DNA from: Blastocatellia bacterium
GTDB lineage: Bacteria; Acidobacteriota; Blastocatellia; RBC074
DNA: 35,350 bases
Reading direction: 5' to 3'
Assembly (NCBI GenBank): GCA_031359775.1
Contig: JANMAL010000157.1
Coordinates: 1-35,350 of the forward strand
The notes beneath the pieces were generated by a model. It searched no databases, was not told the origin of the DNA, and saw nothing but the letters and a program-made list of their open reading frames with translations. The stretch's first letter is position 1. Each line of letters starts with the position of its first letter. Position numbers and translations under genes: made by a program. Below are positions 1-8,968 of this stretch, one piece after another.

Positions 1-1
1 T

Positions 2-1264
2 AGCATCGGTGGCGGTAGTAGTGGGGCCTTGACGATTCGCCCTGGTCGCCCGGTCATATCTGATTTGCTGCGTGAAGGCCAGGAAGTGCTCGTCCAAATT
101 GCCAAAGAACCGATTGGGCAAAAAGGCGCGCGCATCACTTCCCACATCGTGCTGCCCGGTCGTTATGTCGTTTATATGCCGACGGTGGATCACATCGGCG
201 TGTCGCGCAAAATCGGCACCGACGAAGAGCGCCAGCGCCTCAAACGCACGCTAAATCAATTGCGCGCTGAAAATAACATTCCCGGCGGCTTCATTGTCCG
301 CACTGCCGCCGCAAGCCGTACGACTGAAGAATTGCGCGATGACGTGCAATATCTGGGACGCACCTGGTTAGAAATGCGCCGCCGCTCGGATCGCTCCAAA
401 GCGCCTTCGGTTGTGCATCGTGATCTTGATTTGGTGCAACGCATCCTACGCGATCAGCTCTCCTCGGATTTCTCAGCGATTCGCGTGGACAATGAATTTG
501 AATACGAGCGCATCGTGGATTTCGTCAATCGTTTTGCGCCCAAACTGATTCATCGCGTCAAACTCTACACGAAAGAAAATTCGATTCTTGACGAATATGG
601 CGTGCAGGTCGAAATAGACAAGGCTGTCAAACCGCGCGTCTGGTTGCGGTCAGGCGGTTACATCGTCATCAACCAAACCGAAGCGCTGGTCGCGATTGAC
701 GTGAACACCGGCAAATTCGTTGGACGCTCGAATCGGTTGGAGGACACAATTGTCAAAACCAACCTCGAAGCCGCAAAAGAAATCGCGCGCCAAATCCGAC
801 TGCGAGATTTGGGCGGCATTATCATCCTCGACTTCATTGATATGGAGGAGCGCCGCAATCGCGCCCGCGTGATGCAGGCGCTGGAAATCGAATTGCGCAG
901 TGATAAGTCGCCGTCAAAAATCCTTCAGTTCAATGATTTCGGACTCGTCGCCATCACCCGCAAACGCGTTAAGCAATCGCTCGAACGTACGCTGTGTACG
1001 CCGTGCGCGTATTGCGGCGGCGGCGGAATGGTCAAAAGCCCGCAAACCATCTGCTATGAATTGCTGGCCGAAACGCGCCGCGTCGCCAAGCACGAAGATC
1101 AACCGGGCGAAGTCATTCTGCGTGTTAACCCGGAAGTGGCTAAAGCTTTGCGCACCACCGAACGCGAAATCTTCGTGGATATCGAATCACACTTCACCGG
1201 AGTCGTGACGATCAAGAGCGATCCTGCCATTCATCAGGAGCACTTTGATATTGCTTTGGTGTAA
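2..1264 (+). CDS. rng: Ribonuclease G/E family (Rne/Rng), 5'-truncated by the window edge
   Basis: The frame is open from position 2, and the TTG at 29 is only the ORF-caller start. The translation shows an RNase E/G catalytic core (…IVINQTEALVAIDVNTGKF…, …GGIIILDFIDM…) and a C-terminal Zn-link-like CTPCAYCGGGG motif. The N-terminal S1 domain is missing, so the gene continues upstream of the window. Confidence 0.85.
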   Translation, partial: SIGGGSSGALTIRPGRPVISDLLREGQEVLVQIAKEPIGQKGARITSHIVLPGRYVVYMPTVDHIGVSRKIGTDEERQRLKRTLNQLRAENNIPGGFIVRTAAASRTTEELRDDVQYLGRTWLEMRRRSDRSKAPSVVHRDLDLVQRILRDQLSSDFSAIRVDNEFEYERIVDFVNRFAPKLIHRVKLYTKENSILDEYGVQVEIDKAVKPRVWLRSGGYIVINQTEALVAIDVNTGKFVGRSNRLEDTIVKTNLEAAKEIARQIRLRDLGGIIILDFIDMEERRNRARVMQALEIELRSDKSPSKILQFNDFGLVAITRKRVKQSLERTLCTPCAYCGGGGMVKSPQTICYELLAETRRVAKHEDQPGEVILRVNPEVAKALRTTEREIFVDIESHFTGVVTIKSDPAIHQEHFDIALV

Positions 1265-1279
1265 GGGCTGTGAAAATAA

Positions 1280-1337
1280 CAGAGGCAGTGGTCACGGCAT
1301 AGCGGGCGCAATGACCACTGCCTCTGTGCTTTTCTTG
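1280..1337 (+). terminator. Rho-independent terminator candidate downstream of rng
   Basis: A perfect 15-bp inverted repeat, CAGAGGCAGTGGTCA (1280-1294) / TGACCACTGCCTCTG (1312-1326), is followed by the T-rich tail TGCTTTTCTTG. It starts 16 nt after the rng stop codon. Confidence 0.7.
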
Positions 1338-1614
1338 TCGCTTTGCAAGGGCTGCTAAGCACCTGTAAAAACTGATTGTCTGCTCCCGGTAACTTCGGTA
1401 AGATGCCGCTAGCGCTTGGTTGCCCAGCGCCTGACTGCCCCGCAAAACAAGCCCCCACAAACTCCTTCTGATTTTCCTGCCCTTATAAATGATAGCGCTC
1501 ACGCTCTCCTGAAGTTGCCATGATTGATAAGGTTAAGTGCTTCGATGGGTTCGTGTAAGATTAACCATAATAGGATCGGCTGAAATTGGTGGTTAGTCTT
1601 CGGGAGTAAGATTT

Positions 1615-4600
1615 ATGCAGCAAAGAATGTTCCGACGCCTCACCTTAAGCCTGGTTGCCGGTGGCTTGGGTTTTTTGATCAACTCATTTCCGCTCCCGGT
1701 GTTTGGGTCTGTAAAGATTACCTTCGGCAGTATTTGCGGCTTAATGATCGCGCTGACCTATGGGCCTTGGTACGGACTGCTAGCCACAATCATTGCTGCC
1801 ACCAAACTCGTGCTGCTGTGGGGGTCACCCTATGAGTTATTGCTGCTCAGCCTTGAAGCCATTACTGTTGGCTGGTTGGTACGACGGCGCTTTTCTCCCT
1901 TCACCGCTGATTTAGTTTTTTGGGCTGGGGCCGGAATTCCGCTGGCCAGTCTGATCGTGTTTGTCTTCCTTGGATTACCGGTGCAGAGCAATGTGGCCTT
2001 TGTGATCAAAGCCCCTTTCAATGGCTTTCTCAATTTGTTAGTGGCGGAATTGCTGCTGACCATGATTCCCACCCGCAGAATTTTTGGTGAGGTCATTGCT
2101 GGAACCGAGAGCGAACCGCCATTACGCTCACAAATTTGGAAAGGATTTGTCCTGCTGACCACCATTCCATTGATGGTGCTGACGATTTTGATCGGGCAGC
2201 GGGAATCCCGCCAACAGGAAGCCGAGGCCGCGCATCGCTTGCAGGAAGCTGCGCGCGCGATTGCGCGTAACATTGACGATTACCTGGAGAAGCACGAAAA
2301 GGCGATAGTGCTGTTAGCGACAACGATGCAGGAAACGTCGCGCTATGACACGGTCACGCTCAATCGCTTACTGGCCCAGCATCATGCCCGCTACGGCGGT
2401 TTTATCACGATGCTGGCCACGGATGCCGGGGCCGAAATTTTGGGTCGCAGTCCAATACATCGCCTGGATGGACAACCCATTCCGGCGCACAGCGTCAGTG
2501 ATCGCGAATATTTCATGCGACCTAAAGCAACCGGTCAGCCATTTCTTTCGGACGTCTTTTTAGGGCGCGGGTTTGGCAGTGACCCAATTGTTGCGCTCAG
2601 TTCCCCGGTCATCCGTGACGGACAATTTCAGGGCATTGTCGAAGGGTCACTAAACCTCCAGACCTTTCGTGAATTTGGGCAATCGTATGCGGCGCTGCGC
2701 GAGGCCAGCATCATTGTATTGGATCAGCAGCAACGTGTGATCTATGCCGGGCAGGGTTACCAGCCACTGCAATCTTTACGCACCTCACCATTGATAAAGG
2801 CTGCTGAAAATGCTTCAGCCAAAGATTCTTTTTCTCACCTTTCAGATAATCAGGAATGGTTGGCCGGTCGCGCTTTTACGCCGCGCGCGAAGTGGCAGGT
2901 GATCGTACAGCAGCCCATGATGCAGGTGCGCAGTCGCACCCAGGAGTATTACCTGACGATGCTGGTATGGGTGTTAGGAGCCTTGCTGCTGGCGACGGCC
3001 TTCTCGCATTACCTCGCCAAGGCTGTCACGCGTCCAGTGGAGCGATTGGTTCAGGCGGTGCGCGGCTTTGAGGCCGAAGGCACGCAGGTGATAACGCAAG
3101 AATTCATCAGAGGAAATCACCAATCACCAGCGGAAATCACTGCTTTAGTCAACGATTTTAGCGCTTTGGAAGTGCGGCTGAAACAATCTTATTCCGATTT
3201 GCGCGCTTCGCTCAGCGAACGTGATTTACTGAATCAACAGTTACGCCAACTGCTGACGGACCTGGATCAAAAGGTACAGGAACGCACCGCCGAACTGGCC
3301 AGCGCGAAACTTCGTGCGGAAGAAGCGAACCAAGCCAAAGGTTTGTTTCTGGCGCATATGAGTCACGAAATTCGCACCCCCATGAACGGTGTGATCGGGA
3401 TGACGGAAGTCTTGCTGGACACACCGCTCAATCAATCCCAGCGCGGCTATGCCGAAACCATTCAGGAAAGCGCTGATCTTTTGCTGACCGTCATCAATGA
3501 CATTCTGGATTTTTCCAAGATCGAATCCGGCAAGCTGGACTTAGAAGTAATTGATTTCGATTTGCACAAGCTCAGCAAACAATCGGTTGCCCAATTTATG
3601 GAGGCGGCCAGTCGCAAACAGCTAACACTTACTTCCTTCATTGGTGACGATGTGCCTGCGGCGTTGCGTGGTGACCCCAATCGCCTGCGTCAGGTGCTCA
3701 CCAATTTGCTGAGCAATGCGCTGAAATTTACGCAGGTTGGCGCAGTCACTTTGCACATCACGAAGCAAACCGAAACCGCCTCGCAGGTGCAATTACGCTT
3801 TAGCGTCCGCGACACAGGCATTGGCCTTTCATCCGAAGCCCGGCAACGTCTCTTTCAATCCTTTACGCAGGCCGATAATTCGATTACGCGCAAATATGGC
3901 GGCACGGGCCTTGGCCTGGCAATCTCCAAACAACTGATCGAATTGATGGAAGGCACGATTCAGGTGGAAAGCGAGCTAGGCCAGGGAACAGAGTTCTGGT
4001 TTACGCTATCGCTGGCAAAGCAGGTCAGTAATGTAGAGGCTGTTATGCCACCACATAATCACTTCACAAATCAACTGCAACAGCGTCTGACAACCTCGCT
4101 GCACATTCTTGTGGCCGAGGATAACGAGGTCAATCAAAGGGTTGCGCGTTCCTTGTTGGAAGCACAGGGACATACCGTGGAAATGGTTTCCAATGGCTAT
4201 GAAGCCGTCGCCGCGCTGGCACGTATGACCTATGATGTAGTGCTGATGGATTGCCAAATGCCTGAGATGGATGGCTTCACCGCCACGCAGGAAATTCGAC
4301 GGCAGGAGGGAGCCGCGCGCCGCACTCCCATCATCGCGCTTACGGCGCATGCGATGCCAAGCGAGCGCGAACGTTGCCTTGCTGCTGGCATGGATGATTT
4401 CCTTTCCAAACCTTACCGACCCGCCGATTTAAAAGCTGTGTTGCTGCGGTTGCTGGCGAACGCTCACTCTCAACCTGACTTCGTACAAAGTATTGATTCG
4501 CCAATAAAAGCGCGCGCCGCGTGGAGGCAGAGTGTGATTGAGCGGCTGGAAGTTATCGAAAGCTTCTGCGATCCGGTTACAATCAATTGTTTGATAGACC

Positions 4601-4875
4601 TTTTCGCGGAAGACTCAGCCCGTTATTTGTCTGATCTGCGCCTGGCGCTGGCACAGGCAGATGCGGACCAACTCCGTCGCAAGGCGCACATTCTAAAAGG
4701 CTCCAGCGGTAATTTGGGAGCTATCAATATCGCGTGCATCTGCGAGCAGATCGAACTGACAGCGGCGGATAATTCAATGACCGAGATGAGCGCACTGATC
4801 GGGGAATTGGACTGTCAACTGCGCGCCGTGCAAAACCTGCTGGAGGGGATACGAACTGAGAAAAAAGCGGCGTAA
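1615..4875 (+). CDS. Hybrid sensor histidine kinase (multi-TM N-domain, Cache-like, HAMP, HisKA/HATPase_c, REC, HPt)
   Basis: The 1086-aa ORF begins with about 6 hydrophobic helices. A Cache-like periplasmic segment follows (…[21 protein letters not shown]…[20 protein letters not shown]…), then a second TM plus HAMP. The H-box is [12 protein letters not shown] (His codon 3364-3366). G-boxes are DTGIGL and GGTGLGLAI. The receiver is [10 protein letters not shown]…[13 protein letters not shown] (Asp codon 4249-4251). The C-terminal HPt is [12 protein letters not shown] (His codon 4687-4689). Confidence 0.95.
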   Translation: MQQRMFRRLTLSLVAGGLGFLINSFPLPVFGSVKITFGSICGLMIALTYGPWYGLLATIIAATKLVLLWGSPYELLLLSLEAITVGWLVRRRFSPFTADLVFWAGAGIPLASLIVFVFLGLPVQSNVAFVIKAPFNGFLNLLVAELLLTMIPTRRIFGEVIAGTESEPPLRSQIWKGFVLLTTIPLMVLTILIGQRESRQQEAEAAHRLQEAARAIARNIDDYLEKHEKAIVLLATTMQETSRYDTVTLNRLLAQHHARYGGFITMLATDAGAEILGRSPIHRLDGQPIPAHSVSDREYFMRPKATGQPFLSDVFLGRGFGSDPIVALSSPVIRDGQFQGIVEGSLNLQTFREFGQSYAALREASIIVLDQQQRVIYAGQGYQPLQSLRTSPLIKAAENASAKDSFSHLSDNQEWLAGRAFTPRAKWQVIVQQPMMQVRSRTQEYYLTMLVWVLGALLLATAFSHYLAKAVTRPVERLVQAVRGFEAEGTQVITQEFIRGNHQSPAEITALVNDFSALEVRLKQSYSDLRASLSERDLLNQQLRQLLTDLDQKVQERTAELASAKLRAEEANQAKGLFLAHMSHEIRTPMNGVIGMTEVLLDTPLNQSQRGYAETIQESADLLLTVINDILDFSKIESGKLDLEVIDFDLHKLSKQSVAQFMEAASRKQLTLTSFIGDDVPAALRGDPNRLRQVLTNLLSNALKFTQVGAVTLHITKQTETASQVQLRFSVRDTGIGLSSEARQRLFQSFTQADNSITRKYGGTGLGLAISKQLIELMEGTIQVESELGQGTEFWFTLSLAKQVSNVEAVMPPHNHFTNQLQQRLTTSLHILVAEDNEVNQRVARSLLEAQGHTVEMVSNGYEAVAALARMTYDVVLMDCQMPEMDGFTATQEIRRQEGAARRTPIIALTAHAMPSERERCLAAGMDDFLSKPYRPADLKAVLLRLLANAHSQPDFVQSIDSPIKARAAWRQSVIERLEVIESFCDPVTINCLIDLFAEDSARYLSDLRLALAQADADQLRRKAHILKGSSGNLGAINIACICEQIELTAADNSMTEMSALIGELDCQLRAVQNLLEGIRTEKKAA

Positions 4876-4972
4876 TCCCTGTGCGCAAGCGAGTCGGCGG
4901 GGCTGTGAAGGAGCTTTGGGACAGCGGTGCCATCTTGCCTAATAAGTACTCAAGCTAATTAAAACAGACTTT

Positions 4973-5050
4973 GACAGGATTACAGGGTGAGGAAAAACCT
5001 TCAATAAATATGAGGGTTTCGTAAATCTTGTTCATCTTGTAAATCCTGTC
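4973..5050. repeat. Imperfect inverted repeat in the convergent intergenic region; possible bidirectional terminator
   Basis: GACAGGATTACA (4973-4984) pairs with TGTAAATCCTGTC (5038-5050) with one bulge. It encloses an AT-rich segment of about 53 nt that has further internal complementarity. It lies between the convergent kinase and mobA genes. Confidence 0.4.
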
Positions 5051-5077
5051 TAGACCGGATTGATTTTGCCCACCTAT

Positions 5078-5680
5078 TTACCTTTTCACTGGCAGATCGG
5101 TCGGCGCGTTGATGTTGTGAAGTAAATGCTCTGCCGCCGCAAGCTCTGCATACTCATCAAACCGTACACGCCGCGTATTAACGCGTTCTTGTAACAATTG
5201 TACTTTCAATTCATGCGCGGCGAGCAGCGCGGAAACCTGTGGCAAACAGGCTTGCGCATAAATGGCTGCCAACATTTGCGGACGTCCGTCAGCATCCAGC
5301 GGAACGGTCAAAGCACTGCCAGCGGAAACGTGCATGGCTTGCAGCAATCGCAAAAACTCCGTCGTCACAAACGGCAAATCGCAAGCGAGTATCAAGACCG
5401 CTTCGTTTTTGCCACACTGCCGTAACGCCGTTTCAATCCCGCCCAATGGCCCGCGATAATCGTGCAAATCTTTGAGCAATTCCGCCTCCCACTGCAACGC
5501 CAATTGCGCATACCGCGCAAGGTTGGGATTCGCCGGATGAACCACAATTGCCAAGCGATCCGCAACGGGTTGCGCCGCCGTCAGCACGTGTTCGATCATC
5601 GGACGACCATTGATGGAAACCCACGCTTTGTCTGCGCCCATGCGGGAACTGCGCCCACCCGCTTGAATCGCTGCAATCAT
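5078..5680 (-). CDS. mobA: Molybdenum cofactor guanylyltransferase (MobA-like NTP transferase)
   Basis: The 200-aa ORF has the N-terminal motif AGGRSSRMGADKA, plus GPLGGIETAL and ILACDLPF motifs typical of MobA. On the minus strand, GGAG lies about 8 nt upstream of the ATG. Confidence 0.85.
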   Translation of the reverse strand: MIAAIQAGGRSSRMGADKAWVSINGRPMIEHVLTAAQPVADRLAIVVHPANPNLARYAQLALQWEAELLKDLHDYRGPLGGIETALRQCGKNEAVLILACDLPFVTTEFLRLLQAMHVSAGSALTVPLDADGRPQMLAAIYAQACLPQVSALLAAHELKVQLLQERVNTRRVRFDEYAELAAAEHLLHNINAPTDLPVKR

Positions 5681-5771
5681 TTCGGAACTCCGGGAAAGGA
5701 TGTGTTATATTTCTAATCGTTCAAAAGTTGATCATTCTAAATCATACAATTTCCAACTAAGAGGTACTTTC

Positions 5772-7610
5772 ATGATGTTGAAACGCTTGATTTTATTGCT
5801 TCTGCTCACTGTTGTAAGTTTTGCTACGTTCGCACAAAAGGCAAAATCCAGCAATCCGCAAGCCCAGGAGTTTTACCCGCTCGCGCAAATTCGCAAAGGC
5901 CAACGTGCCACCGCCTACACCGTCTTTGAAGGCAATGAACCCAAGGCGTTTGAGTTGGAAATCCTCGGCGTGCTGGAAGGCTTCAACAGCCCGAAGCAAA
6001 CCGCGATTATCGTCAAGCTGCTCGGCGCTGACACCGACCGCACGGGCGTGTTTGCCGGGATGAGCGGCAGCCCCGTATATATTGACGGCAAGCTGGTGGG
6101 CGCGATTGCCTTCGCGTATCAATTCTCGAAAGAAGCGATTGGTGGCATCACGCCGATTCAGGATATGGTGGACATCTTCGCGCAAAAACAAAGCATTGAA
6201 AGCAAGCCTTCACAGCCGCGCCCGATTTCATTTTCGGAACTTTCCTTCAACGAAACTTCGCGCGAATTTGCCGCCTTCGTCAATCCGCCGCAAGCCCCAA
6301 TGACCAATGTTTCCGGCGTCAATGCGCCTGTCCTGAAGCCGATTGCTACGCCGCTGGCCATCACAGGTGTTGCGCCCGAAGTCATCGAACGGTTCGCGCC
6401 GCAATTCCAGGCAATGGGCTTGCTGCCGGTGGCCGGAGCCGCAGGCGCTGCGCCGATCACGGAACTGAGCAAAGCCAATGGCGACACGCTCAAACCCGGC
6501 TCGACGATTGTTGTGCCGCTGGTGCGCGGTGACCTTTCGTTAGCCGCCGCTGGCACCGTCACGCATCGCGACGGCAATAAAATCTACGCGTTCGGGCATC
6601 CATTCCTCTCTGTTGGCGTCACCGAATGGCCGATGAATGAGGGCGAAGTCGTGATCGTTGTACCCAGCATGGCCAACTCCTTCAAGCTCGCGAAACCTAC
6701 CGCGATGGTTGGCACGATGCGCGGTGATCGCTCGACCGGAATTTACGGCGAACTTGGTACTGCGCCGACGATGATTCCGGTGGAAATCAATTTGAAAACC
6801 AGTCGCGGCGAAAGCAAAAACTACAAATTTGAAATTGTGAATGATCGCTTCCTCACGCCCTTGCTAATGCAAATCACAACGCTCTCAACCTTGACGGGCA
6901 GCGAACGACAGATCGGCGATGCGACCTTACAGTTGCAATCGCGCATCAAGCTCAAAGGCCAGGAAGAAATCAAATTGGAAAATCGCGTTTCATCCGGCAA
7001 CGCCGCAATGGCGCTGACCTTTGCCGCAACGCAGCCAATCAACGCCATTATCAACAGCGGATTCAATGACCTGCGCGTCGAAAAAATCACGCTCGACATC
7101 GTGTCGAGTGACGTGCGCAGCCTCGGCAAGCTCGAAAAACTTTGGGTAGACCGCACCGAAGTCAAACGCGGCGACAAGCTGATGCTGCACGCCTTTGCGC
7201 GCACCGAAGGCGGCGGCGAATATGTCGAACGCATCGAAGTCGAAATCCCCGCCGACGCGCCCCTCGGCCAACTGCAAGTAATGGTCGGTGACGGCGCTGC
7301 CATCCAGGCAGCGGAACCGCGCACCGGCTTTACGCCCAAGACCCTTGACCAACTCGTGCGCGAACTGAATCGCTTGCGCAAAGCGGATCGCTTGTACGTG
7401 CGCCTCTCGCGTTCCGACAACGGAGCCGTCATCAACAACGAAGAGATGCCAAGCCTGCCGCCGTCCGTATTGGCAACGCTCGGTTCGGAGCGGACAACTG
7501 GCGGCTACACCGTGACGCGGTCGGTGACAGTGTTTGAGAAGGAATTAGCGCCCGCGGAGTTTGTGTTGTCGGGATCGAAATCGCTGACGGTGAACGTGGT
7601 GGAGAAGTAA
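5772..7610 (+). CDS. Exported SpoIVB-like peptidase S55 family protein
   Basis: I prefer the ATG at 5772 because AAGAGG lies 8-13 nt upstream and a signal peptide follows (MMLKRLILLLLLTVVSFATFAQ). There is a Ser motif GMSGSPVYIDGKLVGAI (6057-6074 and onward). There is also a His motif GTVTHRDGNKIYAFGHPF (His codon 6597-6599). Both resemble B. subtilis SpoIVB. Confidence 0.8.
   Translation: MMLKRLILLLLLTVVSFATFAQKAKSSNPQAQEFYPLAQIRKGQRATAYTVFEGNEPKAFELEILGVLEGFNSPKQTAIIVKLLGADTDRTGVFAGMSGSPVYIDGKLVGAIAFAYQFSKEAIGGITPIQDMVDIFAQKQSIESKPSQPRPISFSELSFNETSREFAAFVNPPQAPMTNVSGVNAPVLKPIATPLAITGVAPEVIERFAPQFQAMGLLPVAGAAGAAPITELSKANGDTLKPGSTIVVPLVRGDLSLAAAGTVTHRDGNKIYAFGHPFLSVGVTEWPMNEGEVVIVVPSMANSFKLAKPTAMVGTMRGDRSTGIYGELGTAPTMIPVEINLKTSRGESKNYKFEIVNDRFLTPLLMQITTLSTLTGSERQIGDATLQLQSRIKLKGQEEIKLENRVSSGNAAMALTFAATQPINAIINSGFNDLRVEKITLDIVSSDVRSLGKLEKLWVDRTEVKRGDKLMLHAFARTEGGGEYVERIEVEIPADAPLGQLQVMVGDGAAIQAAEPRTGFTPKTLDQLVRELNRLRKADRLYVRLSRSDNGAVINNEEMPSLPPSVLATLGSERTTGGYTVTRSVTVFEKELAPAEFVLSGSKSLTVNVVEK
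7532..7607 (+). repeat. Direct repeat copy 1: functional 3' end of the S55 peptidase gene
   Basis: This 76-nt segment encodes FEKELAPAEFVLSGSKSLTVNVVEK. It recurs at 8287-8362 with about 61/76 identical nucleotides by hand alignment. Confidence 0.8.
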
Positions 7611-7622
7611 GAAGGAGAAGTT

Positions 7623-7859
7623 ATGTTAACGATTAAAGCTACCTACGATGGGTCTTCATTCAAACCATTGCCCACTGAAGTTTTGCCAGAAGTCGAACAC
7701 GAAATTCCTGTTGCTATCGTGTTTCTTGAAGAGGCAACTTGGCCAGTGGATGAGGCAGTGCAACGTGAGGCCGCACGCAAGCTGCGCGAGATTCGTGAAC
7801 GAATGTTGCCGTTAGATATGAGCATCAACGACATGGTGGAGGAAGGTCGTGACCGCTAA
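7623..7859 (+). CDS. Putative type II antitoxin (DUF104/AF2212-like N-terminus), partner of VapC
   Basis: The 78-aa ORF starts 12 nt after the peptidase stop, with GAAGGAG upstream. The N-terminus MLTIKATYDGSSFKPLP…IPVAIVFLEE resembles small antitoxins paired with PIN toxins. It overlaps the downstream PIN gene by 11 nt. Confidence 0.6.
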   Translation: MLTIKATYDGSSFKPLPTEVLPEVEHEIPVAIVFLEEATWPVDEAVQREAARKLREIRERMLPLDMSINDMVEEGRDR

Positions 7860-8283
7860 ACGTTTGGTTTTGGACGCTTGCGTGGCTTTGAAATGGACGC
7901 TCCGTGACGAGACTGAGATCGCTGAAGCTGACGCCTTGCTGCAAGACCTGCTCTCTGGGAAAATTATTTTATTGACGCCAACTTTATTCGACTATGAAGT
8001 CACCAACACACTAAAAATCGCTGTTATGCGAGCAAGATTAACTGAGGCCGACGCGATTACTGCATTGCAGCAATATAAAAACTTCAACATTCAGAGATAC
8101 GATTTTTTTCCGCTTCAGTCGCTCACATTTCAGCTTGCGAATCAGCATAAACGATCTGTTTACGACGCCACTTATCTGGCCTTAGCCCAATCGCAAGGGA
8201 TTGATTTGATTACGGGCGACAAGCGTTTATTCAATGCTGTAAATCTCCCGTTGAGTTGGGTGAAGTGGATTGGCGATTATTAA
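7849..8283 (+). CDS. vapC: PIN-domain toxin, VapC family
   Basis: The 144-aa ORF has a GTG start overlapping the antitoxin. The PIN acidic residues appear in the expected order: LVLDACV, DYEVTN, VYDATYLALA, ITGDKRL. Confidence 0.85.
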   Translation: MTAKRLVLDACVALKWTLRDETEIAEADALLQDLLSGKIILLTPTLFDYEVTNTLKIAVMRARLTEADAITALQQYKNFNIQRYDFFPLQSLTFQLANQHKRSVYDATYLALAQSQGIDLITGDKRLFNAVNLPLSWVKWIGDY

Positions 8284-8286
8284 CCC

Positions 8287-8362
8287 GTTTGAGAAAGAAT
8301 TGGCTCTGGCTGAGTTTGTGTTTTCAGGATCGAAGTCGCTCACAGTGAATATCGCGGAGAAG
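8287..8362 (+). repeat. Direct repeat copy 2: orphaned, diverged relic of the peptidase gene 3' end
   Basis: It translates as FEKELALAEFVFSGSKSLTVNIAEK, matching copy 1 at 21/25 aa. It starts 4 nt after the vapC stop and has no upstream coding context. This frame then reads CSNDYW and stops. Confidence 0.8.
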
Positions 8363-8369
8363 TGCAGCA

Positions 8370-8915
8370 ATGACTATTGGTAAAATTACAATGATTCTTT
8401 TCGCGTTGGTAACCGTCCCGTTGCTGTGTTCGGCGGACGCCCCTCAAACGCAGCCATTCAAAATCATCGTAATCAATAAAACCAATAGTATTGCTAATGG
8501 CCAAACTCGGCAGATAACGTTCCGCCGTATAAATCAACCATTCCTGGCATTGACACATCGTCTAATGCCCGCTGCTTTACAGATTATCTGTGCGCTTCCC
8601 GTGCAACATAGCTGCTACTCTTTCAAACGAAACCAGCATCGAGTGGACTTTGTTTGCCAAGCCATATTACAGCAGGTGAGTGATGCGCTACGTGAATCTC
8701 CTGATATGAAGGTTGTAATTTACGGGTATCGTGCTGAGAACGAAAAGCAAGGCTTAGATTCTTTACGCGCCACATCTGTCCGTCGGCATCTGATGAATAA
8801 CGCATCACGCCCCAAATTGAAATCACAGCAAGTCGTTATTCGAGCAAATGGAATTTCAATGGACGGAAGACAGGTGAAGATGTTTCTAGTTCCTATGGAT
8901 GTAGATTTGCCCTAA
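8370..8915 (+). CDS. Hypothetical exported protein (weak OmpA-C-like C-terminus)
   Basis: The 181-aa ORF lies in a lower-GC stretch and has a hydrophobic N-terminus (MILFALVTVPLLCSADA). The C-terminal segment …DMKVVIYGYRAENEKQGLDSLRATSVRRHL… only loosely resembles OmpA-like domains. No family is confidently recognised. Confidence 0.4.
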   Translation: MTIGKITMILFALVTVPLLCSADAPQTQPFKIIVINKTNSIANGQTRQITFRRINQPFLALTHRLMPAALQIICALPVQHSCYSFKRNQHRVDFVCQAILQQVSDALRESPDMKVVIYGYRAENEKQGLDSLRATSVRRHLMNNASRPKLKSQQVVIRANGISMDGRQVKMFLVPMDVDLP

Positions 8916-8968
8916 TGTAGCTCTCTATTTCAATCGCCTTGAGTCCACGAAAGAACAATCAACCAACA

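Noticed and set aside
1212-1502. A 96-aa minus-strand ORF (and the overlapping 74-aa ORF) in the rng-kinase intergenic region.
   Set aside because: It overlaps the rng 3' end and its terminator hairpin. It has no RBS and an odd composition, so the region is more plausibly the terminator plus the promoter/5' UTR of the kinase gene.
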